Source: Octopus sinensis (Eukaryota). From it: DNA of 64,000 nucleotides. The DNA lies in the NCBI RefSeq assembly GCF_006345805.1, contig NC_043004.1, positions 31,124,001 through 31,188,000 of the forward strand, given 5' to 3'. Below, one piece after another: positions 50,686 to 64,000 of this stretch (its first letter is position 1; each line of letters starts with the position of its first letter). A model generated the notes under the pieces. The model was not told the origin of the DNA. It worked only from the letters and a program-made list of their open reading frames with translations, and ran no database searches. Made by a program: the position numbers and the translations under genes.

Positions 50686-52359
50686 CTGCAAACAAAACTA
50701 CACATCAATGTTCAGGTATTTTGTTGACATGACAAAGTATTAAATATACAGTTAAAATTAAGGTATTTTAGGATAGTGAACTTTAAAACAGTAGTTTTCA
50801 ATCATTTGTTGTATAGCACAACTTTTCACTGAATGGTATTTTATAAACACCTTCTCATTACTGCATATTCTGCAAAAATAAAAATTACTTTAATCAAACA
50901 GAAGCTAATTTTATGCAGTGACTTATTATCCATTTTTACCCCCTTTTCCTATCCTATCTAGCAAATGACCCCTTTTTTAGATATGACCTTTAATTTGTTT
51001 CAATATTTGAACTGCAGTCATGCTGGGTCACCATGTTGTAGGGTTTACTTAAACAATTCGACCCCAGTTGTCAAACAATGGTGGGGAACAAAACACAGAC
51101 ACATACTACAGGCCTCTTTTAATTTGTCTCTCAAATCTACTCACAAGGCTTTGGTCAGCTCAGGGTTATTGAGGAAGGTGCTTACCCAAGGAAATGCATA
51201 GTGGTACTGAACCAAAGACCACATGGTTGGAAAGCAAGCTTCTTACACCACAAACATGCCTATTAAAGGCAAAAAACTAGGTAACAAAATTATATTGGAC
51301 CTTGTATGTCATGTTTTTCTGTTCACTGGTAACACAATGTCCTTCTCATATCTGAATACCGTCAAAAAAATTTTTTTAATGAAAATATGTTTGAAATATA
51401 AGTATTGTGCATGGTTTAAATATTTCATTTCTAAGAAAAATCATGACATTACTAAACACCCAGCATGCCCAATCCCACAGTGCTCCCTTCTGGGGTCACA
51501 AGGTCACCAAGGAGGTGCTATTACCTACATTAAGAATAATTACTCTAAACAGTATTAAAAATCTGTTTTAATCAGTGCTACTATAGGTGAAAATTCTCTC
51601 AAACTGAGAGGGAAAAAAATCTACAATAAAATACATACATCAAAAATTTGTTTTAAATCTCATAACAATATATAACTAACAACCCTGTAGTTGGAAAGTG
51701 TTTGAAAGATTATAGTTATAGAACATACAATTTTCTTTTTTGCTTTTATTAAAACTGCAACGCCACACTGTGGCAAAAATAGGGTTTATGGATAGGCACT
51801 CTTTAAAGTTTATTATTAGGAAAGACAACTGAAGAACATCAAATAAGAGAGAAGACTGATAAGGGTTAATGTATTGAGAAAGATACTCCGAAAGGATTAA
51901 GGTGTTGAATAACACTCCAGACTGTGGAACATAGTTCAGGTTCTGCTGAACAATGGCATGAGAAATAATAGAAGACAAGCTTTATGAATATGGGAAGATA
52001 ATATCAAAAACACAGTAGCAATTAACTTTCACAGTATCAACACACTTCTATAATACAAAATCACAAAAATTATCCATTTTAAAATTAAAACATTAAGTGA
52101 AAGTGTATCCCAATCACCTTAGTTCATTTACAAATCCCTCCAAATTCTTTAAAACATTTGAATACAGAGGTAGTGAATACACAGAATGTGATGCAAGTAG
52201 ACAAGACTAAATTAAATATAGACAGTAGTAGATAGTTGTAGTAAATCTAGTAACAACTACATTGGATCACTGAGGGCTAAGTCTTTAATGTAAGGATTCA
52301 ACTTATCAATATACAGTAGTGGTTTCCCACTACCTTAACCAAACCTATAACAAACTTAC

Positions 52360-52431
52360 CCTTGCAAGGTTCTTACACAGAGCTGTTATGATATCACTCT
52401 GTGTTACATACCTTAGAACAAGGTGGACCAA
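52360..52431 (-). CDS. Candidate 72-nt exon (LVHLVLRYVTQSDIITALCKNLAR)
   Basis: cacttaactag| ... AGG|gtaagt. Only phase 0 is open. Confidence 0.4.
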
Positions 52432-54249
52432 CTAGTTAAGTGTATAGGCCATCAATGATAGGACATTGTCAATCTGCTTGGTTGTCCACTTTTAACTCAG
52501 CCATTACCATTTGCTATGATAGATGTAGACAACAAAAGAAAAGTAAATCATAGGTGAAATAATTAAACCAGATTAACTATCACTGATCTATAACAATGAA
52601 ATAACAGCATTGATCTACACTCGTGATGAAGATGTTAATAATGCTGATTATGGCAAACATGAGAAGGATACAAGATGCTTTGTGTTTTCTGGGCTAGTAT
52701 CCCATGTTTCTGCCGCTGGTACTTGAGTAAATTTTACTTGTCAGTCATTTATAGTTGATAAAAAGGCAGAAAGCTGATAATATTGAAGTTAATTAAATTA
52801 TAAGTCTTTACAAAATGTAGTCTTCTTCTAAGTCAAAAGAATTATCTTATCAGGAAATGAAAGATTACACATTAACAGAATAATATCTGTTATATTCCCT
52901 GGGTAAAGCTAATTATAAAAAAATTCAGTTTCATAATTAAACAGAATTTGAACTAAGATATGTGAAGTGAGTTACTATCAGTATTAAGCAAATTATTTTG
53001 ATTTTCAATTCTTCAAACAATTTAAAAGGTTTTTGATTTCAAATGAATTATCTTAAGAGAAAACAAAAACTGATTTTTAAATATTCAATAATGGTATTAA
53101 ATATTCAATTTGGAAAAGTTATCTAATTCAATTAAGCTAATGAGATGACTGACAAAATGGTCAGGGATTATTTTTAAAAGGTGACCATAGATATAGAATT
53201 ATTTTCTGTTGCTGTTTTTTTTAATGTCTAATTCAGAGAAAACTCATACCCATGATCCTTTCTTAGGATCTCTAAGACTGGTGGATGCCAAAAAGTTAAA
53301 GTGGGTGACTGAGTAAGTCTACTATCCAAGGACAAAAACAAAAGGCTTCCACTGTTTCCCAAGGGCAAAAGCAATTGAGTTCCACATAGTTTACCCTCTA
53401 CCAAATCTTATTCACCAGGCTTTAGTAGAAGAGACACACCTAAGACTATGTGTGATAGCAGTAAATCAAAACCTACAGTCAAAAACAGTATTTTATTTAA
53501 AATATCCAACTTACAGCATTAGAGATATTTGCAAAAATATTCCAAATCTTGATAGTAAGGAAATATAGACTAAATTTGGAGACTTAGCAACCGAAATTTA
53601 GAATACCAAAAGAAAATTGGGGTTGGGTAAATATATTATCAAGGAAAACAGAGACACCTCCATCCCCCAGGAGTTGCATGTTGTTTCTCGCTTAGCAAGT
53701 CACACATCAGCATTGTCTTTATTTTTGTTTTCCCTTTGTTGATATGGATTTGATGGGTCATCATAGTCCAGTTAGTTCATATTTAAACTGGTGGGGAAAC
53801 ATTTCTGCTTGCTGATATGGTTATGGCTGTACGAATAAAGAATTCACTTAGTAGTCATGTTGGGCTCAGTCTTACTGCAGCACCTTGGGCCAACCAAAGC
53901 GTTGTGAGTAGATTTGGTAGACAGAAAGAGAAAGAAGTGTCAATATGGATGATGATGGTGGTGTGTGTATGGCTCATTGTCTTGGTGTTGCACAATAGTT
54001 GTAAATGAGTGTCACCATTACATAAGAAGTGCTATTCGTTTTTAATTTTCCACGAAAAGATGTCAGGCCACAGGGAAATTTTTTTTACCTGGAAACCGGT
54101 GAGTTGGCAAGAAGAAGAGTATTCAGCTGTAGGAAATCTGCCTCAACAAAAGCCATCTGACACGTGCAAGCAAAGAAGACTGGACATTAAAATGATAAGT
54201 GTATATATATATATATTCAACATCATAAAGAGAGAGAGGATTATATTCG

Positions 54250-54436
54250 TTGTATTATATATATGTATATATATATGTATGTATATAAATATATATGTGT
54301 GTGTGTATGTATATAAATATATGTGTGTGTGTATATATATAAATATATATGTGTGTGCGTGTATATATATATATGTGTGTGTGCGTGTATATATATATAT
54401 ATATATATGTGTGTGCGTGTATATATATATATATAT
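54250..54436. repeat. Compound (TA)n/(TG)n microsatellite
   Basis: Direct inspection. Confidence 0.95.
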
Positions 54437-54683
54437 CGTGCCGCTGACACGTTAAAATGCTCGAACCGATCGTGACGATGCCGGACCCTCCGGCCCCTGT
54501 GCAGGTGGCACGTAAAAAGCACCCAATCCACTCACGGAGTGGTTGGCGTTAGGAAGGGCATCCAGCCGTAGAAACTCTGCCAGATTCAGACTGGAGCCTG
54601 GTGCGGCCCCTGGCTTCCCAGACCCGGTCAAACCGTCCAACCCGTGCTAGCGCGGAAAGCGGACGTTAAACGATGATGATGAT
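54437..54683 (+). mobile_element. Young RTE-tail SINE or LINE 3' end, inserted in (TA)n
   Basis: ggcgttaggaagggcatccagccgtagaaactctgcc...ggacgttaaac(gat)n, CpG-rich. Minus-strand copies lie at about 29078-29335, 44370-44550, 45240-45420 and 58070-58395. Confidence 0.85.
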
Positions 54684-57354
54684 ATATATATTCATTAAAT
54701 GCCTTAATTGCAATTGTTTTCTTTATTTTCCTGAGCTTTTTCCACCACCTGTTTTACTCGTCTGACATCATAGTGTTGTTTGTCTCCTCCCTACTTCATA
54801 ACCATTGTTTGTTTGTGTGTGTGTAAAGATATAAACATTCTAATTATAGCAGCTAGCATTGCCAAAGACCTTCAGCTGTAAAGCACCAACTAACAACAGA
54901 CTTTAGGTATCCTCCCCACTCATACCAGCATGAGAAAACAAACAAGACAGCAATGAATCATCACCAATGATATTTGTCTTGATACAAGACAGGTCGCGAA
55001 GAAGAAATCATATGAAAAAAGACCACAATAGACCTGCTTTGTTCCAGAGCAACCTTATTATTTATTGTTTTGAACAAGAGTTTGTAAAGGCACAAATCAT
55101 TTGCAAACCCGTTCCTTAACCTTTTTGTTAGCATATTTATGTTGGATTATACTGTCATTGTTTTAATTGATTTTAAAAATAATGAGGAATTGAGTAAAAT
55201 AACTTTGTCATTATTAAGCTGGTGTTAACAGTACAAGTCAGCCTGAAATTTTAAAGTTTTAAATTTCAATTATTTCAAAATAAAAAGTTTATCTCATAGA
55301 ATCAAGGGTGGTCTTGAGCAGGTTGGCATCAAAAGGGTTAAAATGTTGCTTTCCAACAATGCCTGTTAATATATCAACAAAGTAATAGATAATGTTTGGT
55401 TACTGAAATAAACGAAAAGTTTGTAACTATAGAAGTTGTTATAAAGATATGAGGTTAATCAGCTTATTTTGAGAGATAATTTATGTCAAAGCAATCACAT
55501 AAATTAATATTACAGGTTCTCTAGAAGTGTACTTAGCCTTTAGCAGCCTTTCACTTCCTAATAAGAACTTTCCCCCCACCTACTGCTCATATAATCTGAA
55601 CAAGGCACAATGTCACAACTTAACCATTTCATAACCTATATAGCATTAATTTAGCAACACCCATTAATAATAAGGGATTAAAACTGTACAACTTTAGAGT
55701 CAGAAGTTCTCTGATTCAAGCCAAAGGAACACACACTCACTTCTCTTTCATATACAAGTGTGTATACACACACACACACATATATGTTTATACATACACA
55801 TGTATGTTCACCTTCATGACTAGACATTTAATTAAATCACTGTACCACCAAACATATAATTACAGTTCAGCATCATGAAAATTATATTAGCAACTGCTTA
55901 TATTTAGAGACAATGAGTTAAGTCTGAAATGTCATGATGTAATAATTAAAGCTACTGGCTTTGATAAAAGTCAGAAGTATATCTCAACAGCTTGCTGAAG
56001 CAAGTCAATAAATAATACTAAGAAATATTTGTAAATATGTTGTTAGAAACTTTTTCGAATATCTCTACCCAAATTCTCAATAACACATTACATAAAAGAA
56101 TCCTAATAACACAGATAATATATGTCACCTGCTAATTTAACTTTCATGTGAATAAGTGTTATTTTAATTTTATGGTGTCCAACAAAATACCTGACACTAC
56201 TTATACATTCTGGGTTCAAATATTGTCAAAGCTGACTACTTATCTTTCCAGAGTCAATAAAATAAGTATGTGCAAGAAAGAGCACTGAGTGGGGTTAGTT
56301 AATTTTGACCACACTTCTACATCCACTTCTTAAATAAGTGACTTATAATTGTTTGGGACATCAGAAATATTGAGTTTTAGTTAAGTCTGAGGCTAAGATT
56401 ATATCAGACTAGACACAATAAAAATATATTGGAGTCATGCACAGCTATCAATTCAATTGATTGTATGTGCTTTAAAAACAAAGGTTACTATGACAGAAGT
56501 GTGATGGAGAGAGAGAAAAAGAGCAAGAAGGAAAGAGATTAACCTAAAATGCAAGGCAACTCACACAGACGCAATCATTCTATCAAACTGAAGGCTGAAT
56601 GGGTGGGTCAATGTTAGTCGGGTTAGCTTCAACTCATCCAAGTCAACAAATAAGCTCCATTAATATCTGTAGATATATCAAAATATTCACAAAAAATATC
56701 TCGTGTATAATATGCACTGAATATTCTTTACTACTAAGTTATATGGGGTGGGGAAGAGTATTTAGTCACATTTATTATAATTGCTGTATAATTCACATTG
56801 TAAAAGTTCCTGCATCCTACACTGAACAACAAATGAAATTTGAAAGTGGTATTTGAACTTCACAAGTACAGGCCACAAACATTCACCTGTTGTAAAATCA
56901 ACTTAGTGGCAATTACAGTGTTATTGAGATATATTCAATGTTATTTATTGAAAATATCATTTCTGATTGACTATGAGCTAAACGACATCAATAACAACAG
57001 CAATGAAACCATTAAAAAGAAATACAAACTTTAAAAAGAGTTACATATAAAATTATGAACAAATAAACAACCTGAATTAGGAACTGTTTCTTAATACTGA
57101 ATCTTTTAAATATGAAAATATATAAAAAGCAACAATAATTGATGAGTATTTACAGTCTGAAGGTATTAAAAACAAACAGAAAATTCCTTTTAATCATGTA
57201 ACAGAGCTGTTCTTAATTGTATTTAGCATAAACAACCAAACTTCCTCCAAACATTGCCCTACTATCTTATGTATATATAAGAACCAACAAGCAAGGCAGC
57301 TACATAATAGTTTGACATATTAAAAATGACAGCCAATTCTTCTTTCAATTATAC

Positions 57355-57405
57355 CCTTCTGTCTCCTGTTAGTTTGATGCAATTCTGAGTCACTGCCATT
57401 CAGCT
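57355..57405 (-). CDS. Candidate 51-nt exon (-LNGSDSELHQTNRRQK-)
   Basis: Strong acceptor ctctttcatttcatacacacctctcag| and donor AGG|gtataa. Only phase 1 is open. Confidence 0.3.
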
Positions 57406-58641
57406 CTGAGAGGTGTGTATGAAATGAAAGAGCTGTTTTAAACATAGGTGATTATAATCCTAGAAAAATTTCATAATCAATTTGAAAACATGTTATTTTT
57501 AGCATCTCTCTCTCTCTCTCTCTCTCTCAAAAGAAATAAAACCTGTAATATTTTGAAACTCAGCTAAAAATTTGTTCTTTAATAAAACTCCTTTTTTTAA
57601 AAAAATCAGAATTTTAATAAACTGAAACAGCATTTTAAATTTTCACCATTAACATACAAGCTTGCATGGGTCAAACTCAGTATATTTGTGCAGATTTTAT
57701 ACAGCTGGTTTCCCTTCCTGTTGCCACCCTAACCTGTTTCCAAGGTAGTATTTCCTCAGAGTCAGACATGTTTGAGCAGAATACTGGAAAAGAATAACAC
57801 TGTTTGTATGGCAGTGACGCTCATTTACAACTATCACATTATGTCAAGACAAAGAAACACAAACACACCACACACGTACATATGACTGGCTTCATTTAGT
57901 TTCCATCTACCAAATCCACTTACAAGGCTTTGAACGGTCCAGAGCTATAATAGAAGACAAGTGAACAAAGTACCACGGTAGGACTGAACCTGAAACCATG
58001 GGGTTGGGAAGTGAACTTCTAAACCACATGCAAAAAAGATATTTCAAACTACAATTTAGATCTTTAAAATCATCATCATCATTTAATGTCCGTTCTCCAT
58101 GCTAACATGGGTTGGACGGTTCGACCAGGGATCTGGGAAGCCAGAAAGGCTGTACCAGGCTCCAGTCTGATCTGGCAGCGTTTCTACAGCTGGATGCCCT
58201 TCCTAATGCCAACCACTCCGTGAGTGTAGTGGGTGCTTTTTACGTGCCAGGCGAGGCTGGCAACGGCCACGATCGGATTGGTGCTTTTTACATGCACCGG
58301 CACAGAAGCCAGTCAAGGTAGCACTGGCATTGGCCACGTTCAGATGGTGCTTTTTACGTGCCACCGGCACAGAAGCCAGTCTAGGCAGCACTAGGAAAAA
58401 ATGAGTAGCTTTAGTTTTATGTATCTGTACCTGTACTCACTAATTTCTAGGTTTGAGAATTTAACAATAAAGTGCCCAGTTTAAAAGGGACAGAGAACTG
58501 TATTTAAAACTATATTTAAAAGGTACAGAGAACTATATTTCAGATCTCCATTTACAGATAGCAGTGCATGGGTAACTCAGAAATCTACTCAATGAGGGTC
58601 TTCACCTAATCCCATTTGTCCTGTATTAATTATAATGCAAT

Positions 58642-58852
58642 TTAAGGTGATGAGCTGACAGAAACGTTAGCACGCCAGGTGAAATGCTTAGCGGTATTTC
58701 GTCTGTCTTTACATTCTGAGTTCAAATTCCAGCGAGGTCAACTTTGCCTTTCATCCTTTCAGATAAATTAAGTACCAGTTGCATACAGGGGTTGATCTCA
58801 TTGACTGACCCCCTCCCCAAAAGTTTCGGGCCTTGTGCCTAGAGTAGAAATG
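58642..58852 (+). mobile_element. tRNA-derived SINE (family B) with a 17-bp target-site duplication
   Basis: B box AGTTCAAATTCC; ATTAATTATAATGCAAT is repeated at 58625-58641 and 58853-58869. Other copies (minus strand) lie at about 4260-4590, 5610-5780, 22240-22455 and 33670-33800. Confidence 0.9.
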
Positions 58853-60019
58853 ATTAATTATAATGCAATATAACATAAACAATACATGACTTATATAAGG
58901 TACATTTAAATTTTAGGTCGTAGAAATTATTGTGTTTCACGAAGAAAAAGAAAATTTCCTTCCTCTATCTTCACATGAAGCCTGATAAACCCAGTCTGTG
59001 CATATGAGTGTGTGTGTGTGTGTGTGTGTGTGTAAGCTAACAGAATATAAAATATTTATAAATCCAGTCTTCTTAATACCATCATAATCTCAAAAAAACA
59101 CAAGAGAACCACCCCCCTGTCTATACTATGTATAAGTAGTCAGTTATGTAACCAATCTTGTTCAATATACAGGTGTGGTACCTGTACATTGAACAAGATC
59201 AGGTACAGCAAAAAAACAAAAATCCTCAAATTCATCATTCTTGATGTTTCAACAGTAAATGTATGGTGTGCATTGGTCCAAACCATGATGGTAACTGTAA
59301 AAAAAAAATAAAACATTAGCTACATGAAGACACCATTACCACCTGTCTAACTTCACTATTGCCATGCCAATGGCCATGTAAAATATGAGAGGTTTTCCTG
59401 GCACATCCTCTTTGATAGCGATTTAAAAGTTATTTAGTTAATAAAGGTTTGTTCTAAACAAGGGTTTGTAGAGGTGGTCCTCTCATACCAATGGGAGGAA
59501 ATGCAAAACAGAAAAAATAGATTACGTAAAAACATAAAATCCAAGGTAAACAAAAGAATCTGAAGATTTCCAGATGAGTCTACCTTCCTCTAAGTTGTCA
59601 ATACCTGAACTACTTAGTTGCTTCGAAATATTTATAAACACATTCCACCCATCAAGGGCAAAGTCAAAACAAAAACTTGCAATATGTATACTGAACATGT
59701 GTTTTACATGTCACTTGTTACTGGATCAGATTACAGTTCCACAAAGTAATAAAGAGGAAATCTAGCAGCTTATTATCACAACTGCCCTGTGTATAATAAT
59801 ACAGTAGCTGTGTTGAAAGTCATACCAATAACTTTTGACTCCCACCTGCATTAAAGTTGACAAATCTGTTTATCCATTCCATTCATGAAAGAGATCTAAA
59901 TACAAATTATATAACAGGCCACAGCTGCTGAACAAGGAAACATTTGAGCACATCTCCTTTGAAAAAGGAGGATATACTTAAAAAGTTTATATTCTCTTCC
60001 CTCAGAGATTCTCCTGATG

Positions 60020-60130
60020 TCAATATCAGACTGAAGTGTAACTGTGAACCATAACCTAAACTGGAGTGCACATGCCAACAATAAAGTGGATATGGTTTGT
60101 AGATCTTCATACCCCTATTTCCCACCTGGA
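60020..60130 (+). mobile_element. CR1/L2-like RT thumb remnant
   Basis: VTVNHNLNWSAHANNKV resembles LGVxIDxxLxWxxHI. Confidence 0.4.
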
Positions 60131-60699
60131 AAGATATCCATTCATCTATTTGCCAAAGTACAAATAAAGTTAGAGAATCAAAAATGTCTTGGGACCAACG
60201 TAAGAAATCATCAATGATTACATGCCCTACTGATGATTTTTAAAATTTAAGGAAGATTCTAAATGACTGTCAAAAATAAGATAGTTCTGTCACTATCTAA
60301 AGTGTAATTAAAGTTAATCGTCACATAGATAACTATAATGGTTTTATTTTAGATATCTCTAAAAGATAGAACTTTAACTTCAAATGAACAAAATACCATG
60401 CAAATTTAAAATAAATACCATATTTAAGTATATGCAGTCATCTTTTTTAATATAAAAAACATATATATTCATTTACAATGCACAATTATTCACTTCCTTT
60501 ATCCAGGATATAATTTGTGGTAATTAGAACCTTTGTAATTTTGCACGAGGCAGTAAAGTCATGGTTGTGATTAAACATGTAATCAGAATAGAATGTTATC
60601 AATTTTTGCTTAAAGGGTTTATTGATACAGATGTCCAGTGATTATATGTTTTGTTGAATCACCAAGTATAACAAATTCTGTATATTACATTATTGCAGG

Positions 60700-61750
60700 C
60701 TATTTCATTGTTATCTGTAAGGCAGCCATGAAGATAATCCAATACAAATATTGGGTTCAGTTTTAGCAAAGCACCAGCATGATTCCAAACCAAACAAATC
60801 CATTCTTCATCCAGCCTTTTTCAGTAGCAGAAACAATAACATTATTTGTAAATTTAATGCTGCCTATAACAAAGAGGCAGTTTACCACCATCAATACAAG
60901 CATTAGTATACACCACTGTTTTACGCTGCCACCTGTAAGGCCAGATATCAATTTAATATCATATATTTCAAAATACACTGGTATTTAATCATCATTTCTA
61001 GTTTGATTAACTAACCCCAGACTTCTTTTATGCATACCAATGATAAATATCAATGTATATGACACTTTCCTATATCGTCTGGTAGACTATACAAGTGAAT
61101 ATACCCTATTTCAAATAGATACTGTAAGCAGCTCAGCAACTATCCCCAATGGGCCAACTTCTTTTCCTGTTTTCATATTCTTTATTGCTTTAGCATGCTC
61201 ATGTCAACTTGGATAGCTGCCCATCACTACAGTTGAGTTTACATGGGGTAGACTACCATACAAACACATTCTCCACATTCAACAGCCCTCACTTTCATGC
61301 CACTTTCTTTTCAACAACAGTAAACACTGGTGTGTCATTATCATTCCACACAATTTCTCTATGACAACTTAATTTTCAGTAGGAAACTGCTTATCAATTC
61401 CAAATACTTCATGTCTCTGAGCCTTACATTTTAGAACATTGGTAAACTTCCTACTTTCAACTACTCCCCTTGCTAAATATATCTGATGTCTAGGTTCTGT
61501 TTTAGCTTCTTATATTCTTCTTTAACACCTACTTTCTTCCAATATTTCCAGGAATATCTCTATGCCTTAACAGCTCTCTCTACAGAACTATTCTATCATC
61601 AGGTCACCCTTTTGGCTGTAACCTTACACCAGCCACCGATATCTATTACCCAAAATAAATTGTTCCATAAAGGATATCTGAGTTGTTCCCAAATGTCCCC
61701 TGTGTTATAATATCCATCTCCTATCATATACAGACATCATAATCATCATG
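60700..61750 (-). mobile_element. Decayed RTE-like LINE
   Basis: KAIKNMKTGKEVGPLGIVAELL at about 61129-61190 (RT N-terminal KxPGxDGI-type motif). Boundaries are approximate. Confidence 0.65.
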
Positions 61751-61799
61751 ACTGTCTTAATATTACACGTGTGTGTGTGTAAAATATACACTTGGTTAC

Positions 61800-62450
61800 C
61801 TTTCCATCACTAAATTAACCATAAGCAAAACAAGAATGGGAGACAGGATGTAACCCTGGTGAATACTAGAAATGATGCTATGGTTCTTAGAATACCCAGA
61901 ATCTGTCCTGAGAAAACAACTAGAATCCTCATACAGATTCTGGAAGATGCTGAGATACTGTTAGGAATAACATATGCTTGGACAATCATCCATAGTGATT
62001 TTTTATGGATGCAAGGAAAATTTGCTGTGAAACATGGAAAATGTTAGAAAAGGCAGCCAATGATGCCTACACACGATCTTCAAACACAACTGGTAAAAAT
62101 TACAAAGGAGGAAACCCTTCTGCAAAACATGATGGCATTATATCAGTTTCACCTAGCAATTACATTTTGCATGTTTATATTCTCTTGGCATGCAAAGACT
62201 GCAATGATATGGATACCAGAAGAAGGAAAATGAGACAAAAAAAGCCCAGCCTAAGAGAATCTGACACAGACATTCCAACAAGATTTCAAATGCATGAAGA
62301 GTAGCTAAATAGACCAAGAAAGAACTGCAGCAGAAAGAAGCCTACTATCTCATTACACATTCACAAGATGAAGTGACTCAAGAGGTCACTTCTCTGGTCT
62401 ATCTAAGAGAGCAGCAACAACTCATCCAACTTACATCAGTACCAAAAGTG
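61800..62450 (+). mobile_element. Highly decayed LINE C-terminal region
   Basis: Broken RTE-like HAKTAMIWIPEEGK segment with many stops. Confidence 0.4.
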
Positions 62451-63701
62451 GACATAAAATAACAATTATACATGTACCTATATTAAGTGTGTGTGTGTGT
62501 GTGTTTGTATATAAAATGTGTGTATCATTTTATATCCGCTTTTCCATGCTAGCATCATCATCGTCATTTAATGTCCGTCTTCCGTTCTGGCATGATTGGG
62601 ACCATAACTTAGACAAATATGCATTAATGAGCGAGAAGATCTGTTTTGTTGGCAGGTCATGTCAACTTATGTCACCCTTTTTTAGCTCAATGTATCAATG
62701 CAAAGACAAAGAATGTAAAAATTGACATAGACACATATGTATACACATTCACATGAAGAGCTTCCATACAATCCCAAAGCTACAGGGGAAGATACATGCC
62801 CAAAGCATTGTGCAGTGAGACAAAACTCATGGCTTCATGGTTACAAAAAAAAAAACTCCATATCCATACCTATATGTCTATTACATATTATCATAATCCT
62901 ACATTTGCTTTCCATACAGGCATGGGTTGGATGAGTCTTCACAGTTCAAGTTACTTTTTGGGGGAAGCCACTGTCTCAGACTGGTGCTCACACATCAATT
63001 AGCTTAGTTTCTATGACTAAATGCCCTTCCTATCATCAATCACTTTACAGAATGTGTTGAATGCTTATTTTTTCTTTCTTGTAGCACCAATATGAGAGGT
63101 TGATTGGTCACAAGACATAATAAAAGGGACATCACAACTCTCCACTTTCTTCACTATTTCACAGTGTATATTGGGTGCATTTGATGTGGCACCATCAACA
63201 CAAGAGAAATGTCACTCACCATTCACTCAAATGAAAGCACAGCATGAGTGTGTCCAAATCTACCAGTAAAGGAATGACTGTAGAAAATGTGGAGTAGAGA
63301 AGAGCTTAATGACTGACAATAGAAAAGATGGACATAGGTAAGGCTAAGTAGGTGAAAAGAGCAAAGAGTATGATGGAAAAGGTAGGGTTATTTGAGGTTG
63401 AGTGAAAAGAAAATGATTGGTAACAGCAGAGGTGGACACAGATAAAGGTACTGAGTTGTGATGGCTGACCAAAAAGGGAAAGAGGGATGCATAATAGCAC
63501 AGCAAAAAGTGAAGTCAGAGTGTATTGGGTAGGGAAATGAGGGTGAGGGGTACAACATGATGAGGATGATGCCCTGTACAGGTGGTAGGGAAATGAGAGA
63601 TGGAGTAGTACATGTAGGCTTAGCAGAGTAGAAAATAGCTCAACTCCTAAAAACTCCCCTTGCATCAAGGTATGTGTATGTATAAGCAATATGAAATATA
63701 A

Positions 63702-63749
<48 letters not shown>

Positions 63750-63751
<2 letters not shown>

Positions 63752-64000
63752 CTCTGTACTTGGCTTTTGTTGACATGGAGAAAGCCTTTGACAGGAACCC
63801 CCCGATCCCTTATCTGGTGATCAATGTGGAAACTAGGGATAGATGAGTGGTTGGTGAGAGCTGTACAAGCCATGCACAGGGATGCTGTCAGTAAGGTAAG
63901 GGTTGGCAATGAGTATAGCAAAGAATTCAGAGTACAAGTAGGGCTTCACCAAAGATCAGTCCTCAGACCCTCTTGTTCATCATAGCTTTCCAGACAATAA
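63750..64000 (+). mobile_element. RTE-clade LINE reverse transcriptase fragment
   Basis: PLYLAFVDMEKAFDR..RSLIW*SM.KLGIDEWLVRAVQAMHRDAVSKVRVGNEYSKEFRVQVGLHQ.SVL; runs off the end of the window. Confidence 0.92.

Noticed and set aside
59340-59690. Protein-like minus-strand frames (FDFALDGWNVFINISKQ..., EDVPGKPLIFYMAIG...)
   Set aside because: Weak or non-canonical splice sites, and they may be antisense to a decayed LINE next door.
1-64000. CRISPR array, rRNA, prokaryotic operons or horizontally acquired genes
   Set aside because: The sequence is eukaryotic, repeat-rich and intronic. There is no repeat-spacer periodicity and no long intact ORF.

Overview
AT-rich eukaryotic genomic DNA (roughly one-third GC by eye), almost certainly octopus: the tRNA-derived and RTE-tailed SINEs and the dense (TA)n/(CA)n microsatellites match what I recall of Octopus. 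Most of the window is intronic or intergenic and filled with SINEs, TTAA-flanked piggyBac-type MITEs, Tc1/mariner relics and degraded LINEs (RTE, CR1/L2-like, one CRE/RLE-like). The clearest genic landmark is a CpG-retaining region at about 17.2-20.1 kb with two divergent first exons. The minus-strand exon encodes MENRRRSLP...RVVMK, with a likely second exon at 16.5 kb. The plus-strand exon ends at a donor at 19996 and appears to open a very long intron. I could not assign either gene to a known family. Almost all ORFs in the supplied track are microsatellite or TE artefacts. The best leads are a textbook recursive-splice-type site (12-pyrimidine tract, CAG|GTAAGT) at 45.9 kb, a candidate poison exon preceded by a G-U-biased RNA stem at 32.5-33 kb, several hairpins and palindromes, and a low-confidence microexon chain at 49-52 kb. 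There is no rRNA, true tRNA or CRISPR array. All exon models are read by eye and need RNA-seq.
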